From Candidatus Multivoradales bacterium (GTDB lineage Bacteria > Acidobacteriota > Thermoanaerobaculia > Multivoradales > Multivoraceae), in NCBI GenBank assembly GCA_965223325.1, contig CBDCWI010000001.1, positions 1,760,001-1,824,000 of the forward strand: 64,000 bases of DNA, in the 5' to 3' direction. Positions 57,953 to 64,000 of the stretch are shown here, one piece after another (position 1 is the first letter of the stretch; every line of letters begins with the position of its first letter). Below the pieces are notes generated by a model. The model was not told the DNA's origin. It did not search any database and saw nothing but the letters and a program-made list of their open reading frames with translations. A program made the translations under genes and the position numbers.

Positions 57953-60586
57953 ATGCGTCTTGATCAATTCACTGCGACTCTGTCTACCACGACCCTGGGC
58001 CTCGCCATTGCCTCGGCGCTTGCCTCTCCGGCTCTCGTGGCGGCACCCGTCAGCCTGGCGGACTACCTGCCGAGCGGCTCTCAGTACGCCGAAGACATCC
58101 CCAGGCCTGCCGAAGTTCTGGGTTTCGAGGTCGGCGAATGGCATGTGCGCCACGACCTTCTGGTGGAGTACATGAAGGCGGTCGCCGAAGCCTCCGACCG
58201 GGCGCGCTTCGAGATCCAGGGCACCACTCACGAGGATCGCAAGCAGACGCTCCTCGTCATCACCAGCCCCGACAATATGGAGCGTCTCGATCAGATCCGC
58301 GAAGATCACCGGGCGCTCTCTGACCCAGCGCGCTCGGGAGACATCGACCTCGAGAACCTGCCGGCTGTTGTTTTTCTGGGCTACTCCATTCATGGCAACG
58401 AGGCTTCGGGTTCCAACGCCTCGATGCTGACTGCCTACCACCTCACCGCATCACGTTCACCGGAGGTGATGAGCTGGCTCGAGCGGGTTGTGGTGCTGCT
58501 CGACCCGAGTCTCAACCCAGACGGCCTGGGTCGCTTCGCGCAGTGGGTCAACATGCACCGCGCCACCGGTCCGCTGATCGCCGACTCGCAGAACCGCGAG
58601 CACAACGAAGTCTGGCCCGGCGGCCGCACCAACCACTACTGGTTCGACCTCAACCGTGACTGGCTCCTGCTGCAGCACCCTGAATCGCGCAACCGGGTGC
58701 GCACCTTCCACGCCTGGAAGCCCGATCTGCTCGGCGACTTTCACGAGATGGGCACCAACAGCACCTTCTTCTTCCAGCCCGGCATTCCGGAGCGCAAGAA
58801 CCCCAACATCCCCGACAGCAATGTCGAATTGACCGAGCGCCTGGCCGAGTTCCACGCCAAGAACCTGGTCGAGTCGGGCAAGCGGCTGTTCTACACCCAG
58901 GAGTCGTTCGACGACTTCTACCCCGGCAAAGGCTCGACCTACCCCGACATTCAGGGGTCCGTTGGTGTCCTCTTCGAGCAGGCCAGCGCGCGCGGTCACG
59001 TCCAGGAGAGCGTCAACGGCGACTTGACCTTCCCGTTTGGCATCAAGAACCACTTCCTGGCGTCGCTTTCGATGGTCGAAGGCCTGGCTGAGAACCGCCG
59101 AGCCTTTCTCGAACATCGCCGCGATTTCGTGCGCGAGCGCATGGCGACCCTGGGCAGCCAGGCACACCCGGGTTACATCTACGGCACCGCCGGAGACCCC
59201 GGGCGTATGCAACAGATCGACTCCATCCTGCTCGGCCATGACGTCGAGGTCTACCCGCTCACCGAAGAGGTGACCGTCGACGGGGCGACATTCGAGCCCG
59301 AGTGGGCACGCTACGTTCCGCTCTCCCAGCCGCAGGCGACGTTGATCGAGACGCTGTTTACCACCCAGACCGAGTTCGAAAGCTCGATCTTCTACGACGT
59401 TTCGACCTGGACGCTGCCCCTCGCCTTCGACGTCTCCTTTGCCGCCGCACCGCGCGGCATCAGAGCCGGCTCGGAGCCGTTGACCGAAGCCGTTCTACCA
59501 CCTGGCAAGAAGGCGAGCACCAGTGGAGATGTCTACGCTTGGCTGTTCGACTGGCGGAGCGAGACGGCACCGCGGGCGTTGCAGCGCCTCCATGAGGCGG
59601 GCGCCCAGGTGCGGGTTCTAACCCGCGACTCGACTCTCGAGAGCGACTCCGGCAGACGGGTCTTTCCGCCGGGTACGGTGGTGGTGCCGGCAGGCCTCGA
59701 GGCGAATGGCGCAGGTGCCCTCGAAGAGGCCCTCGAAGAGATCGCCACGGTCGACGGCATCGACATCTACACGGTCACCAGCGGCCTCGCCCTTGGCGGC
59801 ATCGATGTGGGTAGCCCGTCGGCGCGACCAATCGACGCACCCAAGGTCGCGATCGTCTATGGCGACACCATTTCGAGCTACCGGGTGGGCGAGCTCTGGC
59901 ATCTACTCGACCATCGCTACCAGGTGCCGGTGAGCCTGGTCGAGAGCGGAGACCTCGGCCAGCTCGACCTCGAGCGCTACACTCACCTGGTTTTTCCGGA
60001 CGGTAATCCACAACTGAGCGACGGAACGCGCGACAGCGTCCGCGCATGGACTCGAAACGGCGGCACAGTCATCGGCACCGGCACGGCTGCTGTCTGGGCT
60101 GGTGACGCTCTCTTGGGCCGCAGCGGTGGCACCGCCAGCGACAGCGAAGCGAGCGAAGAGACCGGCCGCGAACTCCGTCAATACGGAGACTTCGAGGACC
60201 AGCGTGCCGAAGAGATCCTCGCCGGCGCCTTCTTCGGCGGTCATCTCGACACCACCCATCCGCTGGCCTACGGCTACCCCGACGCGCAGCTGGCCTTCTT
60301 CCGCATCCATACGCAGCTCATGCCGCCCAGCCCCAACCCCTTCGAGAATCTCGCCTGGTACAACGAGGGCGATCCACGCCTCTCGGGGTACTCCTCACCA
60401 TCGAACCGCGAGCGCCTGGCCGGTCAACCGGCAGCCATTGCCAGTAAGCTCGGCTCGGGCCTTGTCGTGCAACTGATCGACCCGGTCTCGTTTCGCTCCT
60501 GGGTGCGCGGCCCCAACCGCTTATTCCTCAACGCCATCTTCCTCGCCGACGCTGTATCCCACACCAGTTCGCCCGACAACTGGTAG
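57953..60586 (+). CDS. Secreted M14 zinc carboxypeptidase
   Basis: Signal peptide from ATG 57953; SIHGNE, LNPDG, DLNRDW, DFHEMG. Confidence 0.9.
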   Translation: MRLDQFTATLSTTTLGLAIASALASPALVAAPVSLADYLPSGSQYAEDIPRPAEVLGFEVGEWHVRHDLLVEYMKAVAEASDRARFEIQGTTHEDRKQTLLVITSPDNMERLDQIREDHRALSDPARSGDIDLENLPAVVFLGYSIHGNEASGSNASMLTAYHLTASRSPEVMSWLERVVVLLDPSLNPDGLGRFAQWVNMHRATGPLIADSQNREHNEVWPGGRTNHYWFDLNRDWLLLQHPESRNRVRTFHAWKPDLLGDFHEMGTNSTFFFQPGIPERKNPNIPDSNVELTERLAEFHAKNLVESGKRLFYTQESFDDFYPGKGSTYPDIQGSVGVLFEQASARGHVQESVNGDLTFPFGIKNHFLASLSMVEGLAENRRAFLEHRRDFVRERMATLGSQAHPGYIYGTAGDPGRMQQIDSILLGHDVEVYPLTEEVTVDGATFEPEWARYVPLSQPQATLIETLFTTQTEFESSIFYDVSTWTLPLAFDVSFAAAPRGIRAGSEPLTEAVLPPGKKASTSGDVYAWLFDWRSETAPRALQRLHEAGAQVRVLTRDSTLESDSGRRVFPPGTVVVPAGLEANGAGALEEALEEIATVDGIDIYTVTSGLALGGIDVGSPSARPIDAPKVAIVYGDTISSYRVGELWHLLDHRYQVPVSLVESGDLGQLDLERYTHLVFPDGNPQLSDGTRDSVRAWTRNGGTVIGTGTAAVWAGDALLGRSGGTASDSEASEETGRELRQYGDFEDQRAEEILAGAFFGGHLDTTHPLAYGYPDAQLAFFRIHTQLMPPSPNPFENLAWYNEGDPRLSGYSSPSNRERLAGQPAAIASKLGSGLVVQLIDPVSFRSWVRGPNRLFLNAIFLADAVSHTSSPDNW

Positions 60587-60617
60587 ACGGTCGCTCCCCT
60601 ACCGCTCGTCACGACCG

Positions 60618-60983
60618 ATGATCGACCTCGACGAACGCCAGTTCCGTCGTCTCGTCGAAGACGCCATGGACAGCCTGCCGGAGGAGTTCGCCGCGCTTCT
60701 CGACAACGTCTACGTGACGGTGGAAGATGAGCCGTCGATAGAAGACTTAGAAGCCGTCGGCGCCGACCCTGAGGAGGGCGACCTGCTCGGCATCTACCAC
60801 GGAGTCCCGCTCGAGTTCCGCGGCGAAGGCTACTCCGCTCTGCCCGACCGCGTCGTGTTGTACCGCCTCCCCATCCTGTGGATCTGCGAAACACGGGCTG
60901 ACGTCGTCAAAGAAGTGCGCGACACCCTGGTTCACGAGCTCGGGCATCATTTTGGTCTCGACGACGATCAAATGCCCTTCTGA
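60618..60983 (+). CDS. Zincin-like metallopeptidase family protein (DUF1025/Zincin_1)
   Basis: LLGIYHGVP, LPDRVVLYR, TLVHELGHHFG. Confidence 0.88.
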   Translation: MIDLDERQFRRLVEDAMDSLPEEFAALLDNVYVTVEDEPSIEDLEAVGADPEEGDLLGIYHGVPLEFRGEGYSALPDRVVLYRLPILWICETRADVVKEVRDTLVHELGHHFGLDDDQMPF

Positions 60984-61018
60984 GTCGCGCCACTGAAGCG
61001 ACTCCAGTGTGTGGTTGG

Positions 61019-61423
61019 TCAGCGGCGCCATAACTGCAGGGGAACATGATCTGCAGCATGCTCGAAGTCTCGATCGGTGCTCAACAGGGCCAGCTCATGG
61101 CGAATTGCCAGTTGTACCAGAAGAGCGTCAATCGTTCCGAGCTGCACGCCGTTCCTGCGACACTGATCGCGCACAGCGGCGGCCTCGACATGGTCGTCAC
61201 GGTCGGGCGTTATCGTCGGCAGGGCGGCGAAGCGGTCCAGAATGGCGTCGCGCTGGCGCAGGCCGCGAAAGCCCTGCAGGAGCTCCTGCAGAACGAAACC
61301 AGTCGTATAAACAGACTCTCTCGCCAGCAGTGCGTCGCGAAGCCGAGAAACCTCCTCCGCCGGGTCGACCTCGTCGCGGCGAAGCGCCAGCGACCAGACA
61401 CTGGTGTCGACGAGAAAGTTCAC
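61019..61423 (-). CDS. vapC: PIN-domain toxin
   Basis: LVDTSVW, LQELLQG, TIDALL, LLSTDRDF. Confidence 0.9.
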   Translation of the reverse strand: MNFLVDTSVWSLALRRDEVDPAEEVSRLRDALLARESVYTTGFVLQELLQGFRGLRQRDAILDRFAALPTITPDRDDHVEAAAVRDQCRRNGVQLGTIDALLVQLAIRHELALLSTDRDFEHAADHVPLQLWRR

Positions 61424-61451
61424 GATCCCAAGGAGAAGGGCCCGTCAGGCA

Positions 61452-61679
61452 TCAACGTTCGGACACGTTCTCGAATCGTGAACCTCGAGAACGCTCCTTC
61501 TTGTAGTCGAAGCTGTGGTCCCATTCGAGGACCCCGAAGAGGTCGAGGATTCGTGCCTGCTCTCGTCGGGCAATGAACTCTTCAAGAGCGCGAGTCACCG
61601 CTGCTGTCTTCGTCTTCTCGCCACTGGCTTCGAGGGCCCGATTCAAAAGGTCCGGATCGAGTGCAAGGAACTCGCACAA
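61452..61679 (-). CDS. vapB: VapB-family antitoxin (start uncertain)
   Basis: LALDPDLLNRALEASGEKTKTAAVTRALEEFIARR...WDHSFDYKKER, directly upstream of vapC. Confidence 0.75.
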   Translation of the reverse strand: MCEFLALDPDLLNRALEASGEKTKTAAVTRALEEFIARREQARILDLFGVLEWDHSFDYKKERSRGSRFENVSER

Positions 61680-61817
61680 ATGAACGGAAAGTTAGCAACC
61701 GGAAAGCTAGAGAGAGCCTCGTTGGGAGATCCAACGAGCATCCGAGATGGGCGCATCCCCACCGGGCTCTGACTTTTTGTCGGTCAAGGAATCGCCTCGA
61801 AGATGTGCTGCCCACTC

Positions 61818-62816
61818 TCAGTCGATCTTCGCTCCCCGACCGCCGCGCAGTGCCGCCACGGCCTCACGGGCGTACTGGCTCAGGTCTTCGGGGACGCCGT
61901 CGCCGTTGGTGTCGGCCTCGAAGCGACGGTTGGCCGGATTGGAGCGCTCGAAGTACCCGGAGCGGACGAGGTCCTGGATGAACTCGGCCTGCTGTTCGGG
62001 TTCGAGATCGACCCAGGGGACAGCGGGCACTGAGGCCTGCCAGTCGTAGCCGTGACCTTCGCGCGTCTTGTACAGCGCTTCGACGCCGAAGGAGCCACCG
62101 TTCTGGAACTGCCAGATGTGCACCATCTCGTGCGCCAGGAGATCGGTGGTCATCACCGAGTGATCCTCGAAGTAGATCGTGTTGCCGACGACGAAGGCAT
62201 CGGTCTTCGCCAGGTCTCCCCACAAGCCCTCCTTCTTCTCTTTGACGCGTACCTTGTCGTAGTCGACACTGCTCCCGAACATCGGTCGCAGGACTTCGAT
62301 CTCGGCGGCAGTCAGCTTGCGGCCGGGGGCCTCGGTTCCGAGCACTTCCTGAATGGCCTGCAGGCTACGGCGCGAGATGAAGCCGAGGTCGTTGATGGCG
62401 GTGTCGACGAAGCCATCGCGGAAGGCGATCCAGGCGTCGGAGAGACCCCCGCCCAAATCGCCATCGAGGATCTTCTTGCCCGCCTCGTGCAGGTCTTTGG
62501 CGGTATCGACAACGGTGTCGACGCTGCCTTCAATGAGGTCCTTGGTGTCGTCGAGGACGGACTTTGCGATGTCGCGAATCTTGCCGAAGAATCCGGCGCT
62601 GGTCTGCCTTTGCAGGCCGCCCGCGGCAGGTTGCGAGGGCGGCGCCGGCTCGGTTCCCGCGGGTGACTCCTTCGCCAGAGGCTCGTAGGAGTCAGCGGCG
62701 ACGAGGGCCGCCTTTCCGGTCGCCCCCGCCCCTTTTGACTCGGCATTGATCTGGCGGTGTTCCTCGAGCAGGCGCTCGATGGCAACGGACATGTCATGGG
62801 TAGCGATATAGGTCAT
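61818..62816 (-). CDS. DUF4157-like HExxH protein
   Basis: GRKLTAAE...FGSSVDYDKVRV...AFVVGNTIYF...LLAHEMVHIWQ...EQQA. Confidence 0.7.
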   Translation of the reverse strand: MTYIATHDMSVAIERLLEEHRQINAESKGAGATGKAALVAADSYEPLAKESPAGTEPAPPSQPAAGGLQRQTSAGFFGKIRDIAKSVLDDTKDLIEGSVDTVVDTAKDLHEAGKKILDGDLGGGLSDAWIAFRDGFVDTAINDLGFISRRSLQAIQEVLGTEAPGRKLTAAEIEVLRPMFGSSVDYDKVRVKEKKEGLWGDLAKTDAFVVGNTIYFEDHSVMTTDLLAHEMVHIWQFQNGGSFGVEALYKTREGHGYDWQASVPAVPWVDLEPEQQAEFIQDLVRSGYFERSNPANRRFEADTNGDGVPEDLSQYAREAVAALRGGRGAKID

Positions 62817-62903
62817 GGCGGGCTCCTGGTTCGAGCCTTCCTACCGATTCCCTGTGGCGTTGTTACAGGGTTTGTTCGCAACCGGAACCATTGGGCCGTT
62901 CCG

Positions 62904-63470
62904 CTAGACCCTCGAAAACGCCGGGTGGTAGCGAACAACCGCGGGATCTCTCGAGCCCAGAGCGGAATCGAGCGCGCCCGGCCGCAACTCCAGCACCATG
63001 AAGACGTCCTCGGGTACGTCGTACTCGCTTCGTATGTTGAAGCGCGTCGAGGGCTCGAAACCGAAGCGCGGGTAGTACTGGGGGTGGCCGAGAACGACGA
63101 CCCCATCGGTTTCCAGCTTCCGGCACAGCTCCAGGCCGCTCTGCACGAGCATCGAGCCGATACCTGAGCGCTGGTGCTGGGGTGAGACGGCCATCGGGCC
63201 GAGGCCCATGAGCGACCTACCGGGCAGTTCCCGTGCGGTCACCGGCGAGAACACGATGTGCCCCACGACTTCGCCGGAGGTCGCCTCTTCTGCGACCAGG
63301 GCGATGACCGGGTCTGCCTCGAGGCGCAACATCTCGACCAGGCGGACCTCGGCATCGTCCTCTGGTGGACCTTCCGCGGAAGGATCTGCCGCAAACGCCG
63401 CCTCGAGAATTGCGCTCACAGCGGCCTGGTCGCGGCCCTCTTCCGGTCGAATGCAAACGTCCATGACCAC
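62904..63470 (-). CDS. GNAT N-acetyltransferase (YhbS-like)
   Basis: VVGHIVFSP, LGPMAVSPQHQRSGIGSML, VVVLGHPQYYPRFGF. Confidence 0.9.
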   Translation of the reverse strand: MVMDVCIRPEEGRDQAAVSAILEAAFAADPSAEGPPEDDAEVRLVEMLRLEADPVIALVAEEATSGEVVGHIVFSPVTARELPGRSLMGLGPMAVSPQHQRSGIGSMLVQSGLELCRKLETDGVVVLGHPQYYPRFGFEPSTRFNIRSEYDVPEDVFMVLELRPGALDSALGSRDPAVVRYHPAFSRV

Positions 63471-64000
63471 CTACCGCCGCCCGAGCCGCAACCCCACACT
63501 CGCACCCGCCATCACGATCACATCGGGCTCGAGCGTGCCACCTACAGCGCTCAGGTTTTGTGGCACACGGACCTGCGCTTGCAGAATCCACTGGTCTGTG
63601 AGGCGCTGCGCAACACCAACGGCGAGGATGAGGTCGGTCCTGCCGCTATTGCGCGCGTTGCCCGACTCCCAGCGTGACGGTTCGCTGTGCTCGACCTCGA
63701 CCTGTGCCTGAAACGAGGTGCGCGCTGTTCCAAGAGACGACGACAGCCCAAAGCCTGCTGAACCTCCGAAGCCGCGGCGGTAGCCCTTGTCGTTGTCGGT
63801 GAGGGCGCCGCTGCCTCCAACCCAGCCGTACGACGCGAAACGCTGGCCGCTGCGGTGATACTCGAGGCGCAACTCGGGGTTCCAGGTGCCACTTCCAAAG
63901 AAGACATGCTGATGCTCGAGGCCGCGGGAGCCACGATCGAAGGGATCTTCCTCCGTGCGGCCCGTCGGCGCACGAACGCCGACCACCAGATCGAGCAACC
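63471..64000 (-). CDS. 3' part of a probable outer-membrane beta-barrel
   Basis: Alternating amphipathic strands; GVRAPTG...FGSGTWNP; open to the window edge. Confidence 0.55.
   Translation of the reverse strand, partial: LLDLVVGVRAPTGRTEEDPFDRGSRGLEHQHVFFGSGTWNPELRLEYHRSGQRFASYGWVGGSGALTDNDKGYRRGFGGSAGFGLSSSLGTARTSFQAQVEVEHSEPSRWESGNARNSGRTDLILAVGVAQRLTDQWILQAQVRVPQNLSAVGGTLEPDVIVMAGASVGLRLGRR

Overview
GC-rich bacterial window; a recurrent secreted-protein domain (…F.S..N.EL.VKVLDGC.IN.H.W.F..G.TD…) suggests Acidobacteriota/Thermoanaerobaculia, which is my inference. 1-15.4 kb: 3' part of a class II lanthipeptide / NHLP-type export cluster (CCG-type LanM, two enlarged TolC paralogues, HlyD, C39-peptidase ABC, FHA-fused second ABC, HExxH protein fused to an anti-sigma-kinase domain); no precursor peptide is visible. 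15.5-36.6 kb: a heavily rearranged conflict island with Rhs/polymorphic toxin-immunity modules (including a deaminase tip and a HExxH tip), two inverted IS3 copies, a RAYT-like HUH transposase between inverted GTAG-containing motifs, DUF222-HNH genes, and a subtilase + secreted partner cassette between ~58-bp inverted repeats; further copies of the GTAG motif mark both island borders. 36.6-48 kb: FHA protein, a radical SAM-GT2-carbamoyltransferase-GT-C operon, a Ser/Thr kinase, and a non-coding, palindrome-rich tandem array of ~300-bp units. 48-64 kb: mostly ordinary genes (beta-barrels, haem-motif surface protein, Gld-like ABC, M14 peptidase, VapBC, GNAT). All calls come from motif recognition by eye; no database searches were run.
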